Notes under the pieces: model-generated
What the model was told of the DNA's origin: nothing
Databases searched by the model: none
What the model saw: the letters and a program-made list of their open reading frames with translations, nothing else
Shown: positions 19,989 to 31,087 of the stretch, piece by piece
Numbering within the stretch: the first letter of the stretch is position 1
Layout of the letters: each line of letters starts with the position of its first letter
Made by a program: the position numbers and the translations under genes
Assembly (NCBI GenBank): GCA_965216875.1
Contig: OZ244207.1
Span: 6,080,001-6,144,000, forward strand
From: Rubripirellula sp.
GTDB taxonomy: Bacteria; Planctomycetota; Planctomycetia; Pirellulales; Pirellulaceae
Length of the DNA stretch: 64,000 nucleotides
Direction: 5' to 3'

Positions 19989-21338
19989 CTAGACACCGAT
20001 CCCATCGGGCGTGTTCCAGTAACCGCCGCGCGAGTGATCGAACTTGAGCTTTGCGCCGCGGAAGGTTTCATCGAACCCGTCGGCCTGACTCCAAACTTGG
20101 TGCCCGCCCACCAGCGTTGCAACGGGCCAACCTTTGAGCGTTTCGCCATGCCACGGACTCCAGCGGTTCTTGGTGTGCTGTTCTTCGTCACGAATCGTCT
20201 TCGATTGATTCAAATCGACGAGCACCAAATCGGCGTCATAGCCGGCTTCGATTCGCCCTTTGCCAATGATGCCCCACACGCGTGCGGGTGCATCGCACAT
20301 CCACGAAGCAACTTGTTCGATGGTGCAGCGTCCTGCGTTCACTTGGTCAAGCATCAATGCCAAACTGTTTTCGACCGCTGGAAGCCCCGAAGGACTTTCT
20401 GGATACGGTTTTGCCTTTTCTTCGAGCGTGTGGGGCGCATGATCGGTCGCAATGACTTGGATCGTGCCATCCAACAACGCTTCGAACAGCAACTTGTTGT
20501 CGTTGGCTGTCTTGATCGACGGGTTCATTTGGATGCGACTGCCGAGTCGATCGTAGTCGTCCACATTGAAGAAGATGTGATGCAAACAAATCTCGGCGGT
20601 CACATAAGGTTTCGCCGGAGGAATGAACTCGAGCTCGGCCGCCGTGGAAACGTGCAACACGTGAAAACGGTGCTTGTGCCGGACCGCGAGTTCGGTCGCT
20701 CGCTTGGTCGCGATGATCGCCGCGTTCTCATCACGAATCCGCGAGTGATCATGAATGTCGGACGTTCCTTCCAGTCGCTTTGCGTTGGCGCGAACGGTCG
20801 TCTCGTCTTCACAGTGGGCACAGATGGGAAGCGTCGTCTCGGCGAAAATGCGTTCAAGAGCCTCTTGTTCGTCGACTAGCAAGTTACCGGTACTGCTTCC
20901 GATGAAGATCTTGATACCAGGGACATCGGTCACGTTTGCCAACTCAGCCGCATTGTCGGGCGTGGCACCGATGTAGAAACCGTAGTTGACGCGAGACTTT
21001 TCGGCGCCGAGTGCTTCCTTGGCGCGTACGCCGTCCCACGTGACCGCTGGCGGTTTCGTGTTGGGCATCTCAAGAAACGAGGTCACGCCGCCGGCCGCAC
21101 AGGCGCGCGACGCCGTCTCGAGGTCCTCTTTGTGGGTCAGGCCAGGTTCGCGAAAGTGGACTTGGTCGTCGATCACCCCCGGCAGTAAATGCAAACCTTC
21201 GGCATCGATCACATGGTCCGCGGTGACTTGATTGCCAGCGTCGACATCGATGATCTTGCCGTCTTCAATGAGGACGGATCCCGCTCGAGTGGAATCGGGA
21301 AGGACGACGTGGGCGTTTTTAATGAGCGTGCGATTCAT
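19989..21338 (-). CDS. pyrC: Dihydroorotase
   Basis: [39 protein letters not shown]. Confidence 0.9.
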   Translation of the reverse strand: MNRTLIKNAHVVLPDSTRAGSVLIEDGKIIDVDAGNQVTADHVIDAEGLHLLPGVIDDQVHFREPGLTHKEDLETASRACAAGGVTSFLEMPNTKPPAVTWDGVRAKEALGAEKSRVNYGFYIGATPDNAAELANVTDVPGIKIFIGSSTGNLLVDEQEALERIFAETTLPICAHCEDETTVRANAKRLEGTSDIHDHSRIRDENAAIIATKRATELAVRHKHRFHVLHVSTAAELEFIPPAKPYVTAEICLHHIFFNVDDYDRLGSRIQMNPSIKTANDNKLLFEALLDGTIQVIATDHAPHTLEEKAKPYPESPSGLPAVENSLALMLDQVNAGRCTIEQVASWMCDAPARVWGIIGKGRIEAGYDADLVLVDLNQSKTIRDEEQHTKNRWSPWHGETLKGWPVATLVGGHQVWSQADGFDETFRGAKLKFDHSRGGYWNTPDGIGV

Positions 21339-21398
21339 AGGTGCGAGGATACCGCGCACCATTGAATTGTGGGATAGCCGGTAAATGCGGCCACTTGC

Positions 21399-24300
21399 CT
21401 ATCGACCTTGGCGGCTGATCGCCCGGCGGAACTCGTTAAAGGCGTCGCGATGAGCCGCTGGAACGGGTCGACGGTTGCCCGCATCGCGGATTCGCTGCAT
21501 TCGATCAGCCGATTCGCGTTTGTTGAGCGTCGTTTGACGCGGGTCACGCATCCCCAGACTCTTGAGCGCCTCTTCGACGTCACGTTGTTGCTCGGCGTCG
21601 CCCGTCCGTTGCATCTGCCGCACCTTTTGCCAACGGTCATAGAACCGATTCAGGTCTTGCTCGGTCCAATTCATCTTTTCCAGCAAATCGCGGTCGGGCG
21701 CATCACGGGTTTGATCCAAGTAGTCGAGGACCAAGTCGGTCGCCTGCTTGGCGTACTCGGTGTCGATAGGGTCGGGTGGCACGTCGGGATCGCCCTCTTT
21801 GGCTGTACCTTCACCGCCCGATCCGCTGCCGTTGAAGTTTTGGCTGGACGCTTGATTGTCGTCGCTTGGGTTTTGGGCTTCGGAGGGATTCGACTGCGAG
21901 TCACCAGTTGATGTTGAAGGGTCGGCCGCATTGCCTGGGTTGTTTTGCTCGCCCTCGGATTGCTCGCCTTGGGACGGGTCAGCCTGTTCGCCCTCCGTCC
22001 CCTGATTGCGCGAGTTGGATTGGTTGTTGGACTGGCCAGTGTCGCCGATGCCATTTTCGCTGCCCGCGTCATTGCCCGATTCGCGAGAGTCACCTGTGTC
22101 TTGGTTGTCGCCAGGCTGTCGATTCTTTTCGGCATCCGATTGGCCGCCAGTGCCCTGCTCTCCCTTGTTCGGGTCGCTGCTGTTTGGGTCTCTGCTCTTT
22201 GGGTCGTTGCCGGTTGGATCCTTCTTGTTCGAATCATCGCTGCCGGAGCCGTCGGGTTTTTCTGATCGTTCGCTGCTGCCACCTTCATTGCGTTGATCGC
22301 CCTTCGAACCCTCTTTGGAAGGATCGTTTGCCCCTTCCGACCCGCGTTGATCGCCTGTAGCCGAATCCTTTGGATCGTTTTGATCTCCGGTCCCTTGTTG
22401 GCCACGGTCTTCGTTCTGGCCACTCGACGCGTCAGTGTTCTGTTGCGATTGCGTTGAGTTTTGGTCTTGGTTGCCCGATCCCTTTTGGTTTCCTTGTGGG
22501 TCCGTTGAACCACCTTCGCTGCCACGCTCTTCGTTGCCACGCTCCTCGCTGCCGGCGTCGGGTTGTTGAGAATCCGTTCCGCCAGAGGGATCGTTGTTGG
22601 AACCTGGTTCTGGCTTTGAACCCGACTGACTTGAACCACCCTGATCGGTTTGTTCTTGCGAGCCACCTTCGCCAGACGGCTGTTGGTTTTGCGAACTGTC
22701 TTGACCTGTCGATGAATCGGAACCGGACTGTTGTTCTTTCTGCTTTTGCTCCAAGAACTCTTTCAGCCGCTCCATTGCTTGACCATCGTTCTCTGGAGCT
22801 CGGTCTGGATCGCCGCCGGGTTGTTGTCTTGCCGCATCACTTTGCGATTGGCCATCACCGGCACCCGATTCTGGCGCGGCATTGGGATCGCCGGTTGCGT
22901 CACCCGATGGCTGGTTGCCCGTCCCCGATTGGGCGTCGCTGCCTGACTGGGAGTCGTTGCCAGCACCTTCGTTCATTTCCGAGTCAGCACCTTCGGACTC
23001 GCTCGCTCCCTCGTTTTCCGGCGAGTTCGAACCTTCACCTTCGGAGTTGTCGCCAGTGCCGCCGGCGCCACCTGAGTTGCTTGGATCGTTTTGGTCCGAC
23101 GACTCCCCTTCACCGTCATTCGAACCGCCCGAACCTTTTGAGTCGGGCGACTCGTTTTCGCCTTCGGACGGTCCGCTGCCACCGGCATTCCCCTCGCCTT
23201 CACCTTCCGATTCCGAATCACCTGATCCCGAACCGCTACCGCCACCTTGCGTTCCTTCGTTTCCAGACTGTCCGGTTTCGCCGGAATCACCCGAATCCTT
23301 CGAGTCGTTGTTCTTTTCTTCCGACTCGCCTTCCTGGTTAGAGCCTGTTGAGGCTTCGGACTCTTCCGAACCGCCTTCTTGGTTCGCTGGATCTTGTTTC
23401 GAATTCGGATCGTTCGAATCGGGATCGCTGGCTTCGGGCGCGGTGATTCGAAGATCGATCGGATCGGCGGTGGTCACATTCGGTTTGATCCGTGGGTCGG
23501 TTTCGGAAAACCGATTGTCGATGGCAATCGCCGTGACACGAACGCGTTCGCCAACGCGAAGCCCAAGCTTTTTGGGCCGCAAACCATACTCGACCACTTG
23601 ATTCCCGCTGGCACCGACGGGGTCGGACCAAAGCACTGGTTCATCAAGCACTCGACCGCTGCGCATGATCTTCAAGCGAACGCTCTTGAGCCCGTAGTCC
23701 GCATCGAGCGCATGGATCTCGAACGATTGTTGCGCATCAAGCGGAACGTTCTGCGGCGACTTCTGAGGAACGACGACCGAGATCTCAGGGGGCAAGTCGG
23801 CGATCACGCGAATGGGATAGATGATCGGATCGGGATTGCTTTGATCGGCGTCATCCCAAACCTTGATGCGATAACTTTCCAGTCCTGCTTCGGCGGAACG
23901 TCCTTCGGGTGTTCGCAACGTGAAGGTCAACGTCAACTTCGTGCCGCTTGCATCAAGGCTCAAAGCCTGTGCACCGGCGGTCGCTGCGACTGTGTTGCCA
24001 ATCGGTTTCGGATTGAACTCAACCTTTCCCTTTGCGACAGCACGATTGGTGGTGGCGTTGATCGTGACCACCGTACCATCGACCCCGGTGATCGCGCCGC
24101 TGCTGTTGGTGTGTGGTTGTTCGCCGGTATAGGCCGGCGGTTGGTAGTGAATCGAATCAACAGCAACAACCGGAACGTCTTGCACTTGAAGGTGGAACGG
24201 CCCGGCGATCGCGTCGCCCGCTTCGATGTAATAGGGAACGCTTCCCGATACCGAATGAGCGAGAGTCAAACTTCCCTGATGACGCAGTGACGATTCTTCG

Positions 24301-25100
24301 AAATCCAGCGGCGCTTCGTGCTCGGCCGCCCCCGTTTCCCAGCGAATCACTGCCTGTTCGTCATCGGTCATTCCGATGATCGAGGCAGACACCGTGACAT
24401 CACGTCCGGCGATCGCTTCGCTATCTCCCGGATTCACTTCAGCGATCGATACGCGTCGGGGCGGATCGATCGAAGCAAATGGGATCAACAGACGCGCTGC
24501 GGAGACGAAACTGTTCTTGGGTGACAGGACGGCATAGCCAGCCAGCACTGCAAAGGCGACCATCGTGAACAGCCACCAACGCATCGTCCCAGTGGCTTCG
24601 GCTGGCAAATGGTCGTGGGTACGAAGTGTTCCGGCGGCCTGTGAGCCGATCGAATTGACGACGCGGCCTCGCAGGTTCGCTTTGCCGCGATCACCACGAA
24701 GGGTGATGTAGCTTGTCAGAGCTTGCCTGAGAGTCGGAACGTCACGTTCAAGTGACCGCGCGGCATACTCGGGGCGCACCGAACTTTTCAGGACGGGCAT
24801 CACCCGTTTGACCAATGTCCAGCCAACCCATCCGGCCAGTGTCGCCAGTGCCAGTGTGCGAAAGAGTTTTCCGCCCGCGTAGATCCACTGGTCAAGAACG
24901 ATCCAAACCAACAAAGCGACGAACAAACCGATCAGCAACGCCAAACCGGTTCGCGTCAGTTCGGCCCACCACAAAGCGCTACAGGCTTCGTCGATGCGTT
25001 GCTGGATCAGCGAATCGGCCGCGTCTTTCGATGGCTTGGTCCCTTGAGGCGAGTTCGCCTTGGCAGGTGACGCAGCGGCTGGTGCGGGAGCAATCGACAT
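21399..25100 (-). CDS. Large membrane-anchored protein (DUF4175-like) with long G/S/D/E/N/Q low-complexity region
   Basis: N-terminal TM helices, Ig-like middle region (YQPPAYTG, DLPPEI, ALDADYGL), then several hundred residues of disordered-type sequence. Confidence 0.75.
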   Translation of the reverse strand: MSIAPAPAAASPAKANSPQGTKPSKDAADSLIQQRIDEACSALWWAELTRTGLALLIGLFVALLVWIVLDQWIYAGGKLFRTLALATLAGWVGWTLVKRVMPVLKSSVRPEYAARSLERDVPTLRQALTSYITLRGDRGKANLRGRVVNSIGSQAAGTLRTHDHLPAEATGTMRWWLFTMVAFAVLAGYAVLSPKNSFVSAARLLIPFASIDPPRRVSIAEVNPGDSEAIAGRDVTVSASIIGMTDDEQAVIRWETGAAEHEAPLDFEESSLRHQGSLTLAHSVSGSVPYYIEAGDAIAGPFHLQVQDVPVVAVDSIHYQPPAYTGEQPHTNSSGAITGVDGTVVTINATTNRAVAKGKVEFNPKPIGNTVAATAGAQALSLDASGTKLTLTFTLRTPEGRSAEAGLESYRIKVWDDADQSNPDPIIYPIRVIADLPPEISVVVPQKSPQNVPLDAQQSFEIHALDADYGLKSVRLKIMRSGRVLDEPVLWSDPVGASGNQVVEYGLRPKKLGLRVGERVRVTAIAIDNRFSETDPRIKPNVTTADPIDLRITAPEASDPDSNDPNSKQDPANQEGGSEESEASTGSNQEGESEEKNNDSKDSGDSGETGQSGNEGTQGGGSGSGSGDSESEGEGEGNAGGSGPSEGENESPDSKGSGGSNDGEGESSDQNDPSNSGGAGGTGDNSEGEGSNSPENEGASESEGADSEMNEGAGNDSQSGSDAQSGTGNQPSGDATGDPNAAPESGAGDGQSQSDAARQQPGGDPDRAPENDGQAMERLKEFLEQKQKEQQSGSDSSTGQDSSQNQQPSGEGGSQEQTDQGGSSQSGSKPEPGSNNDPSGGTDSQQPDAGSEERGNEERGSEGGSTDPQGNQKGSGNQDQNSTQSQQNTDASSGQNEDRGQQGTGDQNDPKDSATGDQRGSEGANDPSKEGSKGDQRNEGGSSERSEKPDGSGSDDSNKKDPTGNDPKSRDPNSSDPNKGEQGTGGQSDAEKNRQPGDNQDTGDSRESGNDAGSENGIGDTGQSNNQSNSRNQGTEGEQADPSQGEQSEGEQNNPGNAADPSTSTGDSQSNPSEAQNPSDDNQASSQNFNGSGSGGEGTAKEGDPDVPPDPIDTEYAKQATDLVLDYLDQTRDAPDRDLLEKMNWTEQDLNRFYDRWQKVRQMQRTGDAEQQRDVEEALKSLGMRDPRQTTLNKRESADRMQRIRDAGNRRPVPAAHRDAFNEFRRAISRQGR

Positions 25101-25527
25101 GATGAATGAAGGTTTACCGGCAGCAATGTCGCCAGGTGGTCGAAAGAGGAAGCGGCTGGCAGAGCGGAAAAGACTCCCACATTGTAGCCTGATACTGAAC
25201 AAAACGACCAAACGCCGCCGGTCTTAGGATCGGAAAACAACTTGGTTCTTGAAAAACATTGCCCAAACCGCATAAGGGGAATTGCGTCTGCTGCCGATAC
25301 ACGTTTCACTGCTAGTGTTCTGCTTGATGAACCAATTTCCCCTCCCTTGGTTCCGAGACTGACGAGCCGAGGGAACGGATTGTGAGCTTTTTTGCAATTG
25401 TAGCGCCGATTGCCTCGCGCTAACCCGCAAATGGAGCGTGGACTTCCCAGACTGCAGAGTGGAAGGTTGGGCAGTTGATAGAATCGGGTCGTTCAACAGA
25501 CCTCTCCTCGTTTTTTCTAAGTCACCA

Positions 25528-26673
25528 ATGAGATACGCATTCCGTTTGGCGGAATTACTTGGACACACCCCTGACCGCCGCAAACGGCCAGGAACGATCA
25601 AATCGATCGTTGAGCACACCGGACTGGACCGCCACCAAGTCGCGTCACTTCTGAAAAACGAAGCGAAATACATTCCGCTCGAAGCCCTCTCGCGCTTGTG
25701 CGATTACCTGATCGATCATGGGTACGCATCGGCCGATCAGCTTCCAGGTGCTCTTTTCGCCGTCAACGCGGAAAACTTCTGGGAACTGCTGGCTCGTCGC
25801 GGTGACATCGAAATCGTTCTCGGTGTCCGCCAAAACCCCGACGCAGACCTGCCTGACGCCGCAACCGTTGTCGCCAGCGACGCGGTTCTGTTTGGTGAGT
25901 TGCTCAATGGTGTTTCGACCCTTGGCGGTGCCGCAAAACACCATGGCTCGGCCGATTCCGAAGATGGCAAGACGGGCGAAGTCCCCATGCCTGACCGCCT
26001 GCAACAAACACTCGTTTGGAGCCCCGGTCGAGTCTCGCTCGAAGACGCACGTGCCCGAGCATCGGAAGTCTTCGACAGCTTTGTCTCGGCTCAAGGCGAC
26101 CGCGGCATGGTCTGCATCGGTAGCGTCAAAAGTAACCCTGTCGTCGAACTGATGTTCGCTGACGCGTTTGGCTGCACACCTTTTGTGACCGAAGACGACG
26201 TTGACGACGTCTCCGCTCGCTCATGCCCCTTCTTCCTCCGCTACCGTGACAACGACCCGCAGCCGGGCGGAGCCGCGGCGGGGATGCGTTTGAGCAAGAA
26301 CGAAGACGCTCCTGAACCCGGTTTCTACTACGAGAAAGATGACGGCACTTGGGCCTACGCGGGTGGAAACGACAAAGACACCGCGCTTGTCTTCTACCTG
26401 TTCCGCGAAGCCCTCGGTCGCCTCGACATGGTCCTTTCCGGTTTCTCAGGACGTGCGACGCGTCTGTTAGCTAAAACACTCGCCATTCGCGGCGAAGAGT
26501 TTTGGCCACCTGTCTACGAACAGGATGGCGTTCAAATCGGTGCCTACTTGGTGACCTACGACAACTCGGACACCAAGCCGAGCCGCGACGACCTGCTTTA
26601 CAACCCAGGTGGTGCCGCAGAGATCATGCCGCTGCCACGCGAAGCGATCGCCAAGCGAATGGCACGCCGCTAG
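25528..26673 (+). CDS. Cro/C1-type HTH transcriptional regulator with large C-terminal domain
   Basis: IKSIVEHTGLDRHQVASLLKNEAKYIPLEALSRLC HTH-like segment. Confidence 0.75.
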   Translation: MRYAFRLAELLGHTPDRRKRPGTIKSIVEHTGLDRHQVASLLKNEAKYIPLEALSRLCDYLIDHGYASADQLPGALFAVNAENFWELLARRGDIEIVLGVRQNPDADLPDAATVVASDAVLFGELLNGVSTLGGAAKHHGSADSEDGKTGEVPMPDRLQQTLVWSPGRVSLEDARARASEVFDSFVSAQGDRGMVCIGSVKSNPVVELMFADAFGCTPFVTEDDVDDVSARSCPFFLRYRDNDPQPGGAAAGMRLSKNEDAPEPGFYYEKDDGTWAYAGGNDKDTALVFYLFREALGRLDMVLSGFSGRATRLLAKTLAIRGEEFWPPVYEQDGVQIGAYLVTYDNSDTKPSRDDLLYNPGGAAEIMPLPREAIAKRMARR

Positions 26674-26686
26674 AAGGCATTCTTCG

Positions 26687-26825
26687 GTAGGCCGGATCAC
26701 GGAGCGACAGCGACGCAGATCCGGCTTCGCCAGAAGTTGCTCATCTTCGTAGCTACCTTCGCCAGAAGGTTGTCTTGCTGGCGAGCGGTTGGCCATCACA
26801 CCCACGCTCTGGCGAGCGTAGCTAC
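26687..26825. repeat. Composite REP cluster
   Basis: GTAGGCCGGATCACGGAGCGACAGCGACGCAGATCCGGC (26687), followed by the inverted pair GTAGCTACCTTCGCCAGAAGGT / CCACGCTCTGGCGAGCGTAGCTAC. Confidence 0.85.
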
Positions 26826-26836
26826 GAACACGACGG

Positions 26837-28855
26837 CTACGGCTCTCGGGAGAGCTCCCAGGCTTCATCAAAAAAGCCGTCGGCGACCACGTCGCCGGCG
26901 AAGATCCCGTCTTCTTCCTGGTCGACCTTCATCACGGCCCAATCAGGCAGCATCGCGATCTGGCGCGAGTTGCTGACGTTCGAAAACTCACGAAACGTCA
27001 TCCCACTGTTCACCACCAAGTACTTCTTGGGGTTCTGGGGATTGGGAAAGCACATCGCCACCGCATGGACATCGGGGTCGAATGCCTGCGTCCCCACCTC
27101 GAGCGTTTCGTCAGTCCATTTGATCGGCAACTGCGACGCGATTCCGGCCAGATAAAGATTGCTGCGAAAATCGCCAAAACAAACCAGGTTGCAGTTTTCG
27201 ATCAGCTCGGGTGTCACTTCGCTATCGCGAACAACGTTGACCTTGCCCCGCATCAAACGCGCCCAGCGTGATTTCGCATAGTCGATCTCACGATCAATCC
27301 AGCGTTGCACGACACCGTGTCGCGCTGGCCGACTTGGCACGACAAACACAAACCGGCTCGTGAACGCATCATCGATCGGACCTTGCAACCCAGGTCGCTT
27401 GCGTCGCGAGTTGTCGATCACCTCGACCACTTTCCAATCATCCTCGCGGACCAATTCACACTGGACACCCGGTTCCTTGCTCCAGTCCTCGATCGTCAAG
27501 GTTTGGCCATCGATGGTGAGTGTCGGATTGACCAATCGTTTGGGCCAAGGTGATTTGGCGAAGTCGATCTTCAAGCGTGTCACGCCATCCGTCTTGATCT
27601 CAAAGCTTGTTTCGCCGGTGATCTTCCCTTGCACACGGGAGGCACGAAAATGCTCTTCGAGCCCCAGAACACTTAGCCATCCGGCTCGGTTGTATTTCAA
27701 GGTGTAGGTTGTGAAGTCGATCGACTCACGCGGCGAGGAAACCGGCTTTGCGGCCCATTGATCAATCGTTGCATCAATCTTCTCGACCGAGGGCGGATCG
27801 ATTTTGTGACCCATCCCTTCGCCAATCACATAGGGGAATTCGAAGCCGTTTGACTTTGCGGCTGCAACCAATTGATCGGCTGCCTTGCGTTGTTTATCGA
27901 CTTCGCCACTGTAGGCCACCATGTTTGTGTTGCGCAGGTTATTGACCCAAGGCCGAACGTCGTACCAACCGAGCAACTTCTTTCGACTGTCGGTCAGCTC
28001 GAAGGGCATGCCATTCTTGTCCCATCCCTGGTACTCGATCGTGTCCACAAACCCTGCACCAGGGTTGGCCGCAAACCACATCGTCGGATCATGAACGGCG
28101 AGGTGCCAGACACCGGCGCCTCCCATCGAAAACCCACGAATCGAAATGCGGTCGCGATCAACGTTGATCAACTTGCAAACATGCTCGATCGATTCGTAGA
28201 CGTCGGTCTCACCAGCAAACTTGAACGCATTGCAATGTCGACCAAAGGGATGCAGGACGAACGTGTCTTCGGGCGTGTAGTAACCCTTCTTGGTCATCCG
28301 TTCGACCAGGAAAGGCACTTCTGTCTTTGTGTCTCCGCGGCCGTGCAACCAGACATCCAACCGATACGAGCGATCTTCGTTCGGATCGTAACCGGCTGGC
28401 ACGATCAAACCGAAGGGCTGAACGGAATCGTCAATCGCGGAAACGAAACCGCCGACCAACAACTGCGGCTCGGAACTGCTCGCCTTTCCATGCCCCAGCA
28501 GATCGAGTCCACGTTTACCTTCGCGTGCAAGTTCAATGCGGCGCCGAGCGAGATTGGCAACGGTCTGGAACTGACTGATCGCCTGCTTCTTTTTGCCAAA
28601 GAACAAGTTCTGGTCGATGGCGAGTTTCAGCGAGCGGCGCAGAACCAAGACATCGTTCTGCCAGGCTTTGTCGTTTGCTGCCTTGCTCAGTGCTGTGATC
28701 GACCCATCGATCTGAGCAACGCTTGCAGCAAGCTCTTGTTTTTCCGAAGTGGTAAGCTCAATTCCGTCAGGCGGCAATCGCTTGTAGGTTTGAGCGTTAA
28801 CGGAAAATGGCAAACAAACGAACAAACCAACCAAGACACATTGAAGCCAACGCAC
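26837..28855 (-). CDS. Secreted alpha/beta hydrolase (prolyl oligopeptidase/esterase-like)
   Basis: LDVWLHGRG and nucleophile elbow GFSMGG; signal peptide; starts right after the hisA stop. Confidence 0.8.
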   Translation of the reverse strand: MRWLQCVLVGLFVCLPFSVNAQTYKRLPPDGIELTTSEKQELAASVAQIDGSITALSKAANDKAWQNDVLVLRRSLKLAIDQNLFFGKKKQAISQFQTVANLARRRIELAREGKRGLDLLGHGKASSSEPQLLVGGFVSAIDDSVQPFGLIVPAGYDPNEDRSYRLDVWLHGRGDTKTEVPFLVERMTKKGYYTPEDTFVLHPFGRHCNAFKFAGETDVYESIEHVCKLINVDRDRISIRGFSMGGAGVWHLAVHDPTMWFAANPGAGFVDTIEYQGWDKNGMPFELTDSRKKLLGWYDVRPWVNNLRNTNMVAYSGEVDKQRKAADQLVAAAKSNGFEFPYVIGEGMGHKIDPPSVEKIDATIDQWAAKPVSSPRESIDFTTYTLKYNRAGWLSVLGLEEHFRASRVQGKITGETSFEIKTDGVTRLKIDFAKSPWPKRLVNPTLTIDGQTLTIEDWSKEPGVQCELVREDDWKVVEVIDNSRRKRPGLQGPIDDAFTSRFVFVVPSRPARHGVVQRWIDREIDYAKSRWARLMRGKVNVVRDSEVTPELIENCNLVCFGDFRSNLYLAGIASQLPIKWTDETLEVGTQAFDPDVHAVAMCFPNPQNPKKYLVVNSGMTFREFSNVSNSRQIAMLPDWAVMKVDQEEDGIFAGDVVADGFFDEAWELSREP

Positions 28856-28856
28856 G

Positions 28857-29585
28857 CTAAAGATCTCCACCTATTTCCAGAACGTCTTCCAATTTCATCG
28901 CACCATCATAGATCGCTCGGCCGACGATTGCGGCTGGCATGCCCATTTCGGTCAATTGCTTGACATCGTCCAGGGTAGTGACGCCGCCGCTGGCAACCAG
29001 CGGGATGTCCGTCGCCGCGGCCATGGTGGCAAGTCCATCAAAGTTTGGCCCCTGCATCATGCCGTCACGAGCGATGTCGGTGTAGATGATGGCGGCGATG
29101 TTGCTGGTGCGACCGCGCAGATCTTTCGCCAGATCAACGGCAGGTGTTTCACTCGTTTCCAGCCAACCGTCGGTGGCAACCATGCCATCGCGTGCATCGA
29201 TGCCAGCGGCAAGTTTTCCAGGATAGGCGTCGGCCATCTCAGCAAACCAATCGGGCTTCTTCAAGGCGGCCGACCCAACCACGAGTCGGTGCAAGCCGAT
29301 TTCGATCAGCGCCTTGACCGAGGCTTCATCGCGGACACCGCCGCCCATTTGACACGGCAGTCCGGTCGCTTCAACGATCTTGGCGACCGCGGCGCGGTTG
29401 GCCGTCGAATCATCCCCTTTCGCGGCGTCCAAATCGACCAAGTGCAACCGCTTCGCGCCCGCTTCCTTCCAACGCAATGCGAACTCAACCGGATCGTCTC
29501 CGAAAACTGTTTGGCGATCGTAGTCGCCCTGCCGCAAACGGACTGGTTTCCCGTGACGCAAATCGATAGCGGGCCAGATTTCCAA
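28857..29585 (-). CDS. hisA: ProFAR isomerase HisA
   Basis: IWPAIDL..G..VRL.QG, LHLVDLD, GGGVR, YTDIARDGMMQGPN, VASGGV. Confidence 0.95.
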   Translation of the reverse strand: MEIWPAIDLRHGKPVRLRQGDYDRQTVFGDDPVEFALRWKEAGAKRLHLVDLDAAKGDDSTANRAAVAKIVEATGLPCQMGGGVRDEASVKALIEIGLHRLVVGSAALKKPDWFAEMADAYPGKLAAGIDARDGMVATDGWLETSETPAVDLAKDLRGRTSNIAAIIYTDIARDGMMQGPNFDGLATMAAATDIPLVASGGVTTLDDVKQLTEMGMPAAIVGRAIYDGAMKLEDVLEIGGDL

Positions 29586-29732
29586 GTCAATTACTCCGAA
29601 AACACCAAACGAGAATACGGGGATCGTCGCTTCGAATCAGCGACCGTCAATGTCGGGCCAGTGTGATCCGAATCGGTCGACTCGGGAAGCCCCACGGCCA
29701 AGATGTTTCGACGGCCCCAAATGGCCCATGCG

Positions 29733-30980
29733 TTACGATGCAAATCCGGCCAGTTCCGCGGCTCGTTTCACTCGCGTGATGCCGATGATGTAGGCAGCCA
29801 ATCGCAGTGATACGTCTCGCTGCTGAGCCGTCTGCCACACCTTCTCGAATGACTCGTTCATCGTGTGATCAAGCTCCTGACGCACACGGTCGAGTGTCCA
29901 GCGATAGTGTTGGCGATTCTGTACCCACTCAAAATAGCTGACCGTCACGCCGCCAGCATTGGCGAGAATGTCGGGAAGCACCGTCACGCCGCGCTCCGTC
30001 AGTACCGCATCGGCATCCGGATCGATCGGACCGTTTGCCGCCTCAACAATCACACTCGCTTTGATCAGATCGACGTTGTCTGGAGTGATCACTCCGCCAA
30101 GCGCCGCGGGAATCAACACCCGAACGTCATCCAATTCCAACAAAGCGTTCATCGGTAGATGTTCGCAGTGCTGGTAACCCTCAAGCAATCCCTGCGGATG
30201 ATGCAAGGTATGGCGAAGCAGGTCAGGAATATTCAAACCATCTTTGTCGTAGTACGTTCCCGTCACATCACTCACGGCGACAACAGGAAACTGCGATTCG
30301 TGCAAGAACTTGGCTGCGTGAGAACCAACGTTGCCGAACCCTTGAATCGCAACCGAAGAATCTTCGGCTTGCATGCCAAGACGCTTGACCGTTTTGACCG
30401 TTAGCAAACCGACTCCGCGGCCAGTCGCTTCTTCGCGACCCTTCGCCCCATACTCCTCCACCGGCTTGCCGGTGATCACCGCGGGGTTGAATCCATGATA
30501 CTTTTCCCATTGGTTTCGAAACCACGCCATCACACGATGGTCTGTCCCCATGTCGGGCGCAGGGATGTCGGAATCAGGTCCGACGATGTCATGAATTTGA
30601 TCGACAAAAGCTCGCGTGAGACGTTCAAGCTCACGGACCGACAGCGCCGTTGGGTCGACACCAATACCACCTTTTGCACCACCGTACGGCAAGTCAACAA
30701 CAGCGGTCTTCCATGTCATCAAACTCGCCAGAGCGCGTGTTTCGTCAAGATCAACGTCAGGGTGGTAACGAAGACCACCCTTCATCGGACCGCGGTAGTG
30801 ATCATGTTGGACACGAAATCCAACGAAACTCGCGAGGCAACCATCGTCTTTCTCGATCGTGACTTGAACCTGCACTTCGCGGCGAGGCATGAGCAACGCT
30901 TCGCGTTGATCCTGGTCAATCTCCAGATGTTCCGCGGCGGCGTCAAAGTAGTGTTTGGTTGCTTCAAAAGCCCGCATCAT
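29733..30980 (-). CDS. gdhA: Glu/Leu/Phe/Val dehydrogenase (glutamate dehydrogenase)
   Basis: GPMKGGLRYHP, GGAKGG, DIPAPDMGT, QGFGNVG, EAANGP, PDILANAGGV. Confidence 0.92.
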   Translation of the reverse strand: MMRAFEATKHYFDAAAEHLEIDQDQREALLMPRREVQVQVTIEKDDGCLASFVGFRVQHDHYRGPMKGGLRYHPDVDLDETRALASLMTWKTAVVDLPYGGAKGGIGVDPTALSVRELERLTRAFVDQIHDIVGPDSDIPAPDMGTDHRVMAWFRNQWEKYHGFNPAVITGKPVEEYGAKGREEATGRGVGLLTVKTVKRLGMQAEDSSVAIQGFGNVGSHAAKFLHESQFPVVAVSDVTGTYYDKDGLNIPDLLRHTLHHPQGLLEGYQHCEHLPMNALLELDDVRVLIPAALGGVITPDNVDLIKASVIVEAANGPIDPDADAVLTERGVTVLPDILANAGGVTVSYFEWVQNRQHYRWTLDRVRQELDHTMNESFEKVWQTAQQRDVSLRLAAYIIGITRVKRAAELAGFAS

Positions 30981-31087
30981 TTTCTCCTGTCATCCAATTC
31001 TTCTAGAGCAGGATACCATGGCACATGACCTTGTGGTCCAGGGCGCATCGCGGTCCAGAGCGTCTCGCGGTCTGGGCTCTCACGAGA

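Noticed and set aside
21671..24290. Long alternative-frame and antisense ORFs over the low-complexity gene
   Set aside because: Shadow ORFs expected from biased, stop-poor repetitive coding sequence.
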